Shown in pieces: positions 38,072-48,400 of a stretch of 64,000 nucleotides of DNA. The number at the start of each line of letters is the position of its first letter. Position 1 is the first letter of the stretch. This DNA comes from a virus: positions 1-64,000 of IMG/VR virus record IMGVR_UViG_3300006793_000017; one strand, written 5' to 3'. The notes below the pieces were generated by a model. The model did no database searches. It was not told the origin of the DNA and saw nothing but the letters and a program-made list of their open reading frames with translations. Both the position numbers and the translations under genes were made by a program.

Positions 38072-39700
38072 ATGGCACTAGCATTTCCAAACAGTCCTTT
38101 AGTAGGAGACCAATATACAAGCGGTGGCGTTACATGGCAATGGAACGGTACAACTTGGGATATCGTTATCTCTGGTGGAGGCGGTGGAGGCGGTGGTTCA
38201 AGCCTATCATTTGCTACTATTGCAGTATCAGGACAAGATAACGTTTCAGCAGATAGTGGAGCAGATACACTAACACTAGTTGCTGGTGCAGGAATGTCTA
38301 TCACTACAAATGCTAGTACAGATACAGTTACACTAACATCAAGCGGCGGCGGAGCAGGCGGAAATATATTTTCAACTATTTCAACTGATACAGGTGCAGA
38401 TGTTGTAGCAGATGCTTCAACAGATACATTAACACTTACAGGTGGAACAAATATTCAATCAGTAGGTGATGCAGCATTAGATAAAGTAACGCTTGATATG
38501 ATTCCTTTTTCAATTGATTTTTTATCAGATGTAGATACTACAACAACAGTACCAACAACAGGACAAGTTCTAAAGTGGAACGGTACATCTTGGGTGCCAG
38601 GTGTTGATAGTACAACAGGTGGCGCAGGTACTGATGCAGATACACTAGATGGTTTTGACAGTTCATACTTTTTAAATTATAATAACCTAAGTAACAAACC
38701 TAGTTTATTAGCACTTACAGCCTTAAGCGTTGGTGCTAATGCAACAGCATCGGGTAACGGTGGACTTGCATATGATGATTCAACAGGTGTGTTTACTTAC
38801 ACACCACCTAATCTTACAAGTTTCTTAACAAGTGTAGCATTTACTGACATAACAAGTAAACCAACTACAATTGCAGGTTACGGAATTACAGATGCTTTCG
38901 ATGGAGCATATAGCTCACTTACAGGTACACCAAGTATTCCATCAAATAACAATCAGTTAATTAACGGTGCAGGATACATTACAGGAATTGGTTCATTGTC
39001 TATTGATGCACTAAGTGATGTTGACACAACAACTGCTGCACCAACAAGCGGACAAGTACTTTCTTGGAACGGCAGTAACTGGGCACCTTCAGCATCCGGC
39101 GGTGGTGGAGATGTAAACCAAAATGCGTTCTCTACTATTATGGTAGCAGGACAAAGTGATGTTGTAGCAGACAATCCAACTGACACACTAACACTTACAG
39201 CCGGTACAAACATTACACTTACAACAAACGCAAGTGGCGATAGTGTTACTATTACAGCATCAGGTGGCGGAGCAACAGACTTTGACGACTTAGGTGATGT
39301 AACATCAGCAGGATTAAAAGTTTCAGATGTTTACTTGCCAGCAATTACACAATTGGTTGTTGGACACTCAGGTACTTCGTCATATAGTTTTGATCAATAT
39401 TCTGGGGGCAATCCTACAATTTATGCAATTAGCGGAACAACTATTGCATTTAACTTACAGGGTGTTTCATCAAGTCATCCATTCCAAATTCAAAACGCAG
39501 CAGGTTCAGCATACGATACAGGACTAGTACATGTAACAGATACTGGAACAGTAACTACAGGTTCTAGTGCAAATGCAAGAACTGGTGGAATATTATATTG
39601 GAAAGTTCCTGAAGGAATATCAGGTGGTTACAGATATCAGTGTACTAGCCACGCTGCTATGGTAGGTTCAATTAATATTAAGAGTTTTGGTTCAATCTAG
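38072..39700 (+). CDS. tail fibre protein with C-terminal cupredoxin-like domain
   Basis: 542 aa. Fibre repeats are shared with 34702..36435; the C-terminus reads HPF...YQCTSHAAMVG. Confidence 0.7.
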   Translation: MALAFPNSPLVGDQYTSGGVTWQWNGTTWDIVISGGGGGGGGSSLSFATIAVSGQDNVSADSGADTLTLVAGAGMSITTNASTDTVTLTSSGGGAGGNIFSTISTDTGADVVADASTDTLTLTGGTNIQSVGDAALDKVTLDMIPFSIDFLSDVDTTTTVPTTGQVLKWNGTSWVPGVDSTTGGAGTDADTLDGFDSSYFLNYNNLSNKPSLLALTALSVGANATASGNGGLAYDDSTGVFTYTPPNLTSFLTSVAFTDITSKPTTIAGYGITDAFDGAYSSLTGTPSIPSNNNQLINGAGYITGIGSLSIDALSDVDTTTAAPTSGQVLSWNGSNWAPSASGGGGDVNQNAFSTIMVAGQSDVVADNPTDTLTLTAGTNITLTTNASGDSVTITASGGGATDFDDLGDVTSAGLKVSDVYLPAITQLVVGHSGTSSYSFDQYSGGNPTIYAISGTTIAFNLQGVSSSHPFQIQNAAGSAYDTGLVHVTDTGTVTTGSSANARTGGILYWKVPEGISGGYRYQCTSHAAMVGSINIKSFGSI

Positions 39701-39960
39701 CATTTAAGATCTTTCAATCTTTTATCAAGCATTTTTCTAACAACAGCAATGTCCTGACGTTGTTCTGTTGCTTGTGTCATAGCCTTTGCATCATATGCAA
39801 GGTTTGCATGAACTTCATCTAATTTTTTTACTACATTAATAAGTTTTTCAAGCAGTCCGTTGCATTGCGCTTTCTCTGCTTCGTCGAGTACGTTTTGAAT
39901 TCTTTCATGAAAATCTCTAACGTCTTTTTGAAATCTAGGTTCTTCAGATAGTATTAGCAT
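39697..39960 (-). CDS. hypothetical helical protein
   Basis: 87 aa, overlapping and coupled to 39944..40333. Confidence 0.6.
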   Translation of the reverse strand: MLILSEEPRFQKDVRDFHERIQNVLDEAEKAQCNGLLEKLINVVKKLDEVHANLAYDAKAMTQATEQRQDIAVVRKMLDKRLKDLKC

Positions 39961-40333
39961 CTTTGTGTAACTCCAAAATAGTTTCTATTTTTGTTCTTAT
40001 TAGATTATTATTTAATGTGTTTCTAAGTCCAGTATGTAAATTCTTGGGCAAGTAATTTAAATCACACCAACTCATTGTATTTGCTTTTGTAGTTAAAAAT
40101 TCTTTCTTTACTAAACAAATATAAGTTCCGTATTCAAAACCTTTATCTTGGCTCAAATACAATTCAATAGGAACAATTTTACCTTTAGAAAAATCTTCTT
40201 GTAATTCTAAACTGTCATCAATTACAGAAGTTTTTCTTGCAAACGTAGGAACAGACCACTTTTCATTCTCTAAGATTAGTAGTATTCGTTGAGTGTCTGT
40301 TGACAGATATAGTATTCCTGCTCTCTTTTGCAT
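39944..40333 (-). CDS. NUDIX-fold-like protein lacking the Nudix box
   Basis: RAGILY....RILL.L..W and a C-terminal W....LP..LH.GL resemble phage NUDIX proteins; there is no REUXEE motif. Confidence 0.45.
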   Translation of the reverse strand: MQKRAGILYLSTDTQRILLILENEKWSVPTFARKTSVIDDSLELQEDFSKGKIVPIELYLSQDKGFEYGTYICLVKKEFLTTKANTMSWCDLNYLPKNLHTGLRNTLNNNLIRTKIETILELHKDANTI

Positions 40334-40341
40334 TAAAATAC

Positions 40342-41838
40342 TTATGCTGGGTTAGGGTCAATTCTCCAATAACCTGGCGAGTATTCACCTTCGAATGATT
40401 TAAGCCATTCAGTACCCGTCCATTTATATTGGATGCCTGTTTTTAAATTTTGGAAATATGTTGGATTTGCTAGTGTGTTTGGATCAGCTAATGTAACCCA
40501 GTTTGTACCATTCCATTCAATAATAGCATTGGCTACAATAATAGGGTCTTCACCTGTTGTTCCTTTCCATGCATCAGGACCATCATACGCTTCATTGTAT
40601 GGAGTTTCTCTATAACTTTGTCCAACGTTATCACTATCGTTAATATTATCAAGAACTAGATATCGTGTACCTAGTGGTATTGCTGTATAACTTCCCCATT
40701 TCTCAATAGGATTAAACTTGTAAGGATCAATAATAGCATCAACAGTAGCACGGGCAGCAACGCCATTTACAGTTGAAGCAATAGTAGTATTAGTTGGAAT
40801 AGTATCTTGATCAAATGTTATTAACAATACTTTAGGGTTAGAAGGATTAACAGCATACGATCCAACCATTTCAAATCCTGTAGGCTGTCTAAAGTATATT
40901 CTTGCTCCTGCTTTAAATCCGCCTAATCTATCTAACACAGCATTCCAATCAATTTCTGTAGTTTTACTTTTTTGTTCTTTAACATCAATTCCTAAAGCAT
41001 TTACTGCTTCATCATCGTCTACAATAGTTAAGTCATAATCGAATGGTTGATTGTTGTTTGATTTAAACAATAACACACCGTAACGTGCATTCATGTATTG
41101 AGTAGATTGTGCTGTTGTAGCATCATAAACTAAGTCATTTAAATTTGCTACATCACCAGTCTCTGTAAATATGTTTGCAATAACACTTCTAACAACTCCA
41201 AGTTTTTTAACTTTAGTTGGCGGAGAAATGTATATTGGCATTGTAAATTCTAGTGTGCATACATCAATGTCGTCGTCAACTCCTGTAGGCACGTTACGTG
41301 ATGTAAAGTTAGTTGATTCTAAATTAATTACACTTAAACTGGTCCAGTCAATATAGTTGTCTGTTGTTTGAATAGCCATAGATGGATTAAACAACACTAA
41401 TATTTGTTCTAGTATTTGTAATTTTTGATCTGTATTAGAAGTCCAAATATCTGCTTTCATTGTTAAGATAAAAGGAGTAGGCATAAGTCTTTCAACAGTG
41501 TATGCGTTACCTTGTGCGCCTGTGTAGTTAGGCTCACCTGTGCTTTCGTCAAATGTAAAGTCTCTTTCTCTTACACTCATTTTACTAACAAATGAAGGAT
41601 CAGTTAAACGATCTCTATCAATTTGCAATCCTGAAATGTAACAAGACATACGAGGAACAGTAGGTAACTTGTTCTCAGAATTTTCTCTGATAATTGAAGC
41701 AACCTGTCTTGTAAGATCACCATACATAACAGGAATTGTTTGCTGAGTTTTATCACCTGCTTCATATTTAAAGCCTATGAAAGCTCTCATAAACTGAGTT
41801 ACGTATCTTCTTATTTGTCCGTCGTAAAAGAAATCCAT
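40342..41838 (-). CDS. gp15: tail sheath stabiliser/terminator (T4 gp15-like) with C-terminal extension
   Basis: FFYD.QIRRY..QF, IP..YG, PRMS, P.P..L and QILEQIL..FNP motifs. Confidence 0.8.
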   Translation of the reverse strand: MDFFYDGQIRRYVTQFMRAFIGFKYEAGDKTQQTIPVMYGDLTRQVASIIRENSENKLPTVPRMSCYISGLQIDRDRLTDPSFVSKMSVRERDFTFDESTGEPNYTGAQGNAYTVERLMPTPFILTMKADIWTSNTDQKLQILEQILVLFNPSMAIQTTDNYIDWTSLSVINLESTNFTSRNVPTGVDDDIDVCTLEFTMPIYISPPTKVKKLGVVRSVIANIFTETGDVANLNDLVYDATTAQSTQYMNARYGVLLFKSNNNQPFDYDLTIVDDDEAVNALGIDVKEQKSKTTEIDWNAVLDRLGGFKAGARIYFRQPTGFEMVGSYAVNPSNPKVLLITFDQDTIPTNTTIASTVNGVAARATVDAIIDPYKFNPIEKWGSYTAIPLGTRYLVLDNINDSDNVGQSYRETPYNEAYDGPDAWKGTTGEDPIIVANAIIEWNGTNWVTLADPNTLANPTYFQNLKTGIQYKWTGTEWLKSFEGEYSPGYWRIDPNPA

Positions 41839-43217
41839 TAATCGTCTGCCTTGGGTCTAAGAGCTTTACTCAAACTCTGTTTCTCTTCAATTTGTTTACC
41901 ACCTATATTATTAACTGTTGTGTTGTTAATAAATGAATCCTTACCTTTACTTATTGCAGGATCGTGTCCAGCAAAATCTTTACCTGCACCTACTTGACTT
42001 GGACCTAAGTTACTTCTTGTCATTCTTACATCATCTTCAGTTTTTCTCCAACGTATTCCGTCAAATCTAAACAAGCGTGTAGGTTTGTAATCAGTACGTA
42101 AGTGAAATTGTCCTTCAATAGGATTGAGAGGAAATGCTATACCTTGTGTAAACGGTGCACCATTTTCTGGTAACCCGTCACCAATTAGATAACCTTTATA
42201 TGCATTACCTTCTGGTGTTTGGTATGCAGTGTCAGCAGTAACAGACATATAAACTTCGTTACCTTTGTCATCAAGTAATGTATTACCATCTTTGTCTGTA
42301 CTAGGAATTAGTAAGTCATCACTGTCAGCTGTAACAAGTTCTGTGTTACCTTGATTGTCAGTTTGCATAGTATAAAATCTACTAGTGTCATAACCTGACT
42401 CTGGTGAATCTGCTTCAGCTTGATCAAGTACCGCTTGTGTAACTTGCATTTCTTTTTCATACGTACTCATAATATCTTTGAGTGTATCTGCAAGTTTGTA
42501 ATAAGTTGAGTTAGGTGGTTCAACACCTGTAACTTCTGATATAACTTGATACTTTTCACCATTAGGAGCAATAACTATATCTCCTGGGAAGTAAGTTGAC
42601 TCAGCATTCCAAGTACCTTTTAGTGCTTCTTGGTCTGCTATACCATCTAAAATTTGTTTGAATTCTTGTGAATCTACTAATGGTTTACACTTTGCTCTGT
42701 ACAAGTGTGGATACCATGTATTTGAAAATCCTTCTGCTGCACGATTAACATCTTCAATTACATAAAAACGTTTTAGTGCATAATTTAAATCATTAAGAGC
42801 ATGTTCGTCATCTAAGTGAGGCAATTCAATAACATCGCCTGACATAATTTTTCTACCTAGTTTTTCGACAGTATCATTAATATGAAATGTAATAAACACT
42901 GTATCATTTTGTAGAAATAAGCCAAACTGACTTAGATTAAAATCAATGTCTTGTACATTATATACACCACGTAATCTGTAAACATCTGGATCATACTTGC
43001 GATCTCTATTTTCTAAGAACAGCATATCCTGAATATTTGTAGGATCATCTGTACTATATGTTGGTGTTGATGGTGTGTTTTCCTGTGAATTTCCTGGGCC
43101 TATGTACTTGTGTACTAATACATCGGTACCGCCCACTTGGAACATTTCCCAAACGGTTTTATCTTGAAATTTGTAATCGTTCCCTTTTTCGGGTCTATAT
43201 AAACTGAGTCTTGGCAT
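41838..43217 (-). CDS. gp14: neck protein (T4 gp14-like) with extension
   Basis: LSQFGLFL.ND..FITF and GD.I.LP motifs; adjacent to gp15 and gp13. Confidence 0.65.
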   Translation of the reverse strand: MPRLSLYRPEKGNDYKFQDKTVWEMFQVGGTDVLVHKYIGPGNSQENTPSTPTYSTDDPTNIQDMLFLENRDRKYDPDVYRLRGVYNVQDIDFNLSQFGLFLQNDTVFITFHINDTVEKLGRKIMSGDVIELPHLDDEHALNDLNYALKRFYVIEDVNRAAEGFSNTWYPHLYRAKCKPLVDSQEFKQILDGIADQEALKGTWNAESTYFPGDIVIAPNGEKYQVISEVTGVEPPNSTYYKLADTLKDIMSTYEKEMQVTQAVLDQAEADSPESGYDTSRFYTMQTDNQGNTELVTADSDDLLIPSTDKDGNTLLDDKGNEVYMSVTADTAYQTPEGNAYKGYLIGDGLPENGAPFTQGIAFPLNPIEGQFHLRTDYKPTRLFRFDGIRWRKTEDDVRMTRSNLGPSQVGAGKDFAGHDPAISKGKDSFINNTTVNNIGGKQIEEKQSLSKALRPKADD

Positions 43218-43225
43218 CGTATAAC

Positions 43226-43256
43226 TATTTACCTAAAGTTGCGAAAGGCATAAATA
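43226..43256. promoter_or_regulatory. divergent late promoter cores for gp14 and gp13
   Basis: TAAATA on the minus strand at 43226-43231 and on the plus strand at 43251-43256. Confidence 0.7.
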
Positions 43257-43261
43257 CTTAT

Positions 43262-44020
43262 ATGAGCCAAATAGAAACAGCAAAACAAGAAGTATTCGAC
43301 TATTGTAAAGCAATGCTAGGCGATGGAATGATCGATGTCGAGCTAGATCCTATTCACTATGATACAGGACTAAAACGTGCTTTAGGTGTTTTTCGACAGC
43401 GAAGCGACAATGCCGTTGAAGAAAGTTACATAACACTTACGCTAGAAAAAGATAAAAACGAATATATTTTGCCACATGAAATACAGCAAGTAAGGCAGAT
43501 ATATAGAAGAAGTGTTGGTAGTAGAACAGGTAACGGTACAGGCGGTACAGTGTTTGAACCTTTCAACTTAGCATACACTAATACATATTTGTTAAGCTCA
43601 ACTAACATGGGCGGACTTGCAACTTATGAATTATTTGCACAGTATCAAGAACTTGTTGGAAAGATGTTTGGATCGTTTATCAATTTTACTTGGAATCCTC
43701 AAAGTAAAAAGTTAATTATTATGCAGCGTCCAAGAGGAGAAGAACAAGTACTTCTTTGGGCATATAATGAAAAGCCTGACTATACAATTTTACAAGATGT
43801 ATATGCAGGGCAATGGATTAAAGATTATACACTAGCAAACTGTAAAGTAATGTTAGGACAAGCAAGAGAGAAATTTGCAAGTATTGCAGGTCCACAGGGC
43901 GGTACAGCTCTAAACGGACCATCGTTAAAAGCAGAAGGTACAGCAGATTTAGAAAGACTAACAATGGAACTTACAACTCAAGTTCCGGGTGGTCACGGTT
44001 ATAGTTGGGTTATAGGATAA
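43262..44020 (+). CDS. gp13: neck protein (T4 gp13-like)
   Basis: LG...IDVEL and W..DY..A..K..LG..R.KF..I.GP.GG..LNG motifs. The start is moved to the ATG at 43262. Confidence 0.8.
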   Translation: MSQIETAKQEVFDYCKAMLGDGMIDVELDPIHYDTGLKRALGVFRQRSDNAVEESYITLTLEKDKNEYILPHEIQQVRQIYRRSVGSRTGNGTGGTVFEPFNLAYTNTYLLSSTNMGGLATYELFAQYQELVGKMFGSFINFTWNPQSKKLIIMQRPRGEEQVLLWAYNEKPDYTILQDVYAGQWIKDYTLANCKVMLGQAREKFASIAGPQGGTALNGPSLKAEGTADLERLTMELTTQVPGGHGYSWVIG

Positions 44021-44322
44021 TGAAAGCAGAAGAATTTATGTGGGAAGGCGAAGAACTATACGACGGTATGGTTTGGGGCAGAGGTAAGTCTACTGCAAGA
44101 GGCGGAACAGTTAAAATGAAGTTCCGTTGTCCATCAGGCCCACGCAAAAGCAGACAGGTATCACACCCGTCCAAATGTTGGGATCATCCTAACATTGCAC
44201 AAGCACAACGTATGAAAACTACTCGTGCTAGAACTGGCCCTCAACAGGCTAGACGTCAGTCACGTACCAAAAATATCAATACAGCAACTCGTTTGGTAAG
44301 AAGACTTAATAAATTCAAATAA
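44020..44322 (+). CDS. hypothetical basic protein
   Basis: The start is moved to the ATG at 44020, overlapping the gp13 stop (TAATG). Acidic N-terminus, Arg/Lys-rich body. Confidence 0.6.
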   Translation: MKAEEFMWEGEELYDGMVWGRGKSTARGGTVKMKFRCPSGPRKSRQVSHPSKCWDHPNIAQAQRMKTTRARTGPQQARRQSRTKNINTATRLVRRLNKFK

Positions 44323-44327
44323 AATAC

Positions 44328-44356
44328 TTGACATTCACTGTCTATCCTAGTATACT
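44328..44356 (+). promoter_or_regulatory. sigma70-type promoter
   Basis: TTGACA-N17-TATACT upstream of the dNMP kinase gene. Confidence 0.8.
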
Positions 44357-44386
44357 GTAAAGTATATTAACTAGGAGAGTATATTT

Positions 44387-45007
44387 GTGATTATTGGTGT
44401 ATGTGGTTTTATCGGTAGCGGCAAAGACACTGTCGCTGATTATCTAGTAAACTTTCACGAATTTAGAAGAGAAAGTTTTGCTGATACATTAAAAGATGCA
44501 GTTGCAGCAGTGTTTGGATGGGACCGAACTTTACTTGAAGGAAGAACAAAAGAAGCACGTGAATGGCGTGAAGAAGTAGATCCTTGGTGGGCAGAAAGAC
44601 TTGGAATGCCAACATTAACACCAAGGTGGGTATTGCAATATTGGGGTACTGAAGTGTGCCGTAAGAGCTTTCATGATGATATTTGGATTGCTAGTTTAGA
44701 GAACAAAATACGTAATTCTAAAGATGATATTATTGTAAGTGATGTACGTTTTCCTAATGAAGTAAAAGCAATTAAGAATCAAAATGGTAAGATGATATGG
44801 GTACAACGTGGACGTTTGCCTAAATGGTATGACACAGCACTTGAAGCAAATGCAGGTAGTAATATAGCAATTAATGATCTAAAAGTACAGAAAGTACATG
44901 CTTCAGAATGGGCTTGGGTAGGTACTAAATTTGACCATACTATTCACAATGATATGAAAATTGACGACTTATATAACGAAGTAAAAGCTCTAGTAGTCAG
45001 CAGTTAA
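44387..45007 (+). CDS. gp1: deoxynucleoside monophosphate kinase (T4 gp1-like)
   Basis: P-loop GFIGSGKDT, FA..LK, R..LQ..GT and DVRF.NE motifs; GTG start with SD AGGAG. Confidence 0.88.
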   Translation: MIIGVCGFIGSGKDTVADYLVNFHEFRRESFADTLKDAVAAVFGWDRTLLEGRTKEAREWREEVDPWWAERLGMPTLTPRWVLQYWGTEVCRKSFHDDIWIASLENKIRNSKDDIIVSDVRFPNEVKAIKNQNGKMIWVQRGRLPKWYDTALEANAGSNIAINDLKVQKVHASEWAWVGTKFDHTIHNDMKIDDLYNEVKALVVSS

Positions 45008-45325
45008 GTCGCCCTGTTTCCATTTAATACCTTCTTTAGAAAGCACAGAAATACAGTTAGCACACACTGTCTTTAGATTGCTGTGCCTACAGTTATCTAA
45101 GTTTCCATCTAAATGAAGTACTCTAAATACTTCAGGATGTGGTGACTTAAATCCACATTTATCACATGCTGACTTTTGTTTATATCCAGCACGAGCCCAT
45201 CTAGGTACACCTGTGTATTGTCCGTGATTATTACAAACTTCACACAGACTCCTATAGTAGGTACGCTTACCTTTCTTATAGTTAACAGCACGTGGCCGTA
45301 ATCCGCACTTACAAAGAGGTCTCAT
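44990..45325 (-). CDS. Zn-finger/HNH-like protein
   Basis: CxC, CxxC, CxxC and H.DGN..N....NL..VCANC motifs. Confidence 0.7.
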   Translation of the reverse strand: MRPLCKCGLRPRAVNYKKGKRTYYRSLCEVCNNHGQYTGVPRWARAGYKQKSACDKCGFKSPHPEVFRVLHLDGNLDNCRHSNLKTVCANCISVLSKEGIKWKQGDLTADY

Positions 45326-45456
45326 GCTAGTATTTACACCTTTTCAACCCCTTTTTCTAATGGTTAAACCGGGTAAATTTTATAAGATGTGCTAAATACA
45401 ATTGCAACAAGTTTACGTAATAGACTGATACGAAAATATTACCAGGAGATAAAAAG

Positions 45457-48400
45457 ATGGCATTAACATCACCAGGCGTAGAAGTAACAGTAATAGACGA
45501 GTCGTTTTATACCCCAGCAGAGCCTGGTACAACTCCTCTAATTGTTATTGCTTCATCGCAAGATAAATTAAACGCAGCGGGAACGGCTACAGCAGCTGGA
45601 ACGCTAAAAGCTAACGCAGGTAAAGCGTACAAAGTTACCTCACAGAAAGAATTAGTAGATCTTTTTGGTGTACCAACATTCAAAAAGACAGCGAGCAACA
45701 CTCCGATACACGGAAGCGAATTAAACGAATATGGATTGCTTTCAGCATATTCATTATTAGGCGTTTCAAATTCAGCTTTTGTTGTACGTGCAGATGTTGA
45801 CTTAGACGAATTAGAAGGTTCTACAACTGCTCCGGGAGCGAATCCAGCAGACGGAAAGTGGTGGATCAACAGCGGTTCAAGTGCTTTTGGAATTCAAGAG
45901 TGGAACGGAGCAGCAGTTACCACAACAGGTGGTCAGAAGTTTGCTTCTAAAACACCTATCGTTTTAACAGACGATGATGCATCAAAAATTGATAATGGTG
46001 CACCTAAAACATCCGTTGGTGCTATTGGCGACTACGCAGTAGTATTTGAAACAGTTGACGGAAGCGGTTCATTTAGTGCAAGTAAAGAAAATGCAACTAT
46101 GTGGTATAAATCCGCAGGTAACGGTTCAACTGTAACACAAGGTTCTTGGGTTAAAGTAGGTAGCAATGATTGGACAGCTAGCCATCCAACAATTATTGGT
46201 ACTGCAATGACAGCAAGTTCAGGAAACTTTACTATTAACGGAACAAATTTCCAAATAACTGGCACATTAGATGACTTGGTAACAGCTATTAACGGTGCTA
46301 TTACAGAAACACAAGGAATTGTTGCAAGAAATGTAAGCGGTAGACTTTATCTTTATTCAGATGGTAGTTTAGATGACGGTGTAGGTGATTCATCCAAGTC
46401 AAATGCTATTATTATTGATGACGGTTTAAGTAGCCCACAAGTTACTTTTGCAGACTTAGGTGTTGCAAAAGGAACATACTACGGACCAGAACTACACATT
46501 GCACCACATACAAGTGTTCCAGAATTTAAAACTGGTGACTCAACACCACGTCCAACAGGAAGTGTATGGGTTAAAACAACTGAGCCAAACAACGGCGCAC
46601 GTTGGAGAGCAAGTAAGTGGTCAGCAGCTACTCTTTCATGGGTATCATATACTGCACCATTATATGCTAACAACTCATCTGCACTTTATACATTAGATAG
46701 AGCAGGCGGTGGTGTTAACATTCCAACAGATAGTTTATATGTACAAACTAACGCAGAAGAAAATAGCGGATATGACGAAAGTCCAATGACTGCTTCTTTC
46801 AGAGTGTTTAGAAGAGCTGCAACTGGAGTAACAAAAATTACTTCAGCAGTAGTAGACGCAAGTACATTTACTGTAGGTGGAAACACATTTACAATTGCAG
46901 AAAGTGTTAAAACTTCTGGAGCATTAGCAGCTGGTATAGCAGTGAACTTTACAGCAGCAGGTAATGCAGCAGATGCAGAATTAATGGCAGGTGCTATTAA
47001 CAGCGCAGGCTTTACTAACATTGAAGCAGCAGTAACAAGTTCAAACACAGTAGAAATTATGCACAAATTAGGCGGTGATTTTAGAATTACTGACGGAACT
47101 AATACTCCAGTAGGTGCTGCATTTACTGTATTCAATATTAACACAGGTTTAGGAACAGCAAACTTTTACACTGCACCAGCAGGCGCAAGTGAAAACTATG
47201 TTGCTTCTAACTGGAAGCCTTTAGCAGCAGATGATTTTGCAGCATCAAGTAACGCTCCATTAGCTGAACCAGCAGATGGACAACTTTGGTACAATCCAGA
47301 GTTTAGTGATGTTGACATGATGATCCACAATGGTACTACTTGGGTAGGTTACCATAACTTTAGTTCAGGATACGCTAACTGTTCACCAGATGGACCAATT
47401 GTTTCAGCAACTGAGCCAAAAGCATCATCAGGTCAAAGCGATGGTACTGCACTAGTAGATGGAGACCTTTGGATTTCAACTGCAAGTTTAGAAGACTTCC
47501 CAACAATTTACAGATGGGACGGTAATAACCTAGCATGGGTACTTGTTGATAAAACAGATCAAACAACAGAAGACGGCGTATTGTTTGCAGATGCACGTTA
47601 CGGTCTAGCAGGTTCTACTGGTAACACAGCAGCAACTATTAAAGACTTACTAACTAACAACTACTTAGATCCAGATGCTCCAGATCCAGCACTATATCCA
47701 AAAGGAATGTTGCTATGGAACTTACGTAGAAGTGGCGGTAACGTTAAGAAGTACAACAACAACTATATTGACTTAACAGCTGATAACACACGCTTTGGCG
47801 ACGAAGCAATGACAAGTTATGCTACAGACAGATGGTCAACACAATCAGGCAACCAAGAAGATGGTAGCGGATCATTTGGTAGACATGCACAGCGTATGGT
47901 AGTTGTACAAGCACTTAAATCAGCAATTGATACAAGCTCAGAAATTAGAGATGAAGAAACAAGAAACTTTAACTTAATTTCATGTCCTGGATACACAGAA
48001 ACAATGAGCAATCTTGTTAACTTAAACATTGACAGAGGCTTAACAGCATTTGTTATTGGTGACACACCATTAAGATTAGCAGCAGATGCAACTTCATTGT
48101 TAGCATACGGATCAAACAGTGCATTAGTTGTTGACAATAACGACAACGGACTTGTAACATACGATGAATACTTAGGTGCGTTTTATCCAAATGGATTTAC
48201 AACTGACTTAGGTGGCGCAAACGCAGTTGTTCCAGCATCACACATGATGATGAGAACTATTGCACTAAGTGACCAAGTATCGTTTCCATGGTTTGCTCCA
48301 GCAGGAACAAGACGTGGTGGAATTAGCAACGCTACATCAGTAGGATATATTGATTCAGCAACAGGCGAATTCCAAACAGTTGCACTTAATGAAGGTCAAA

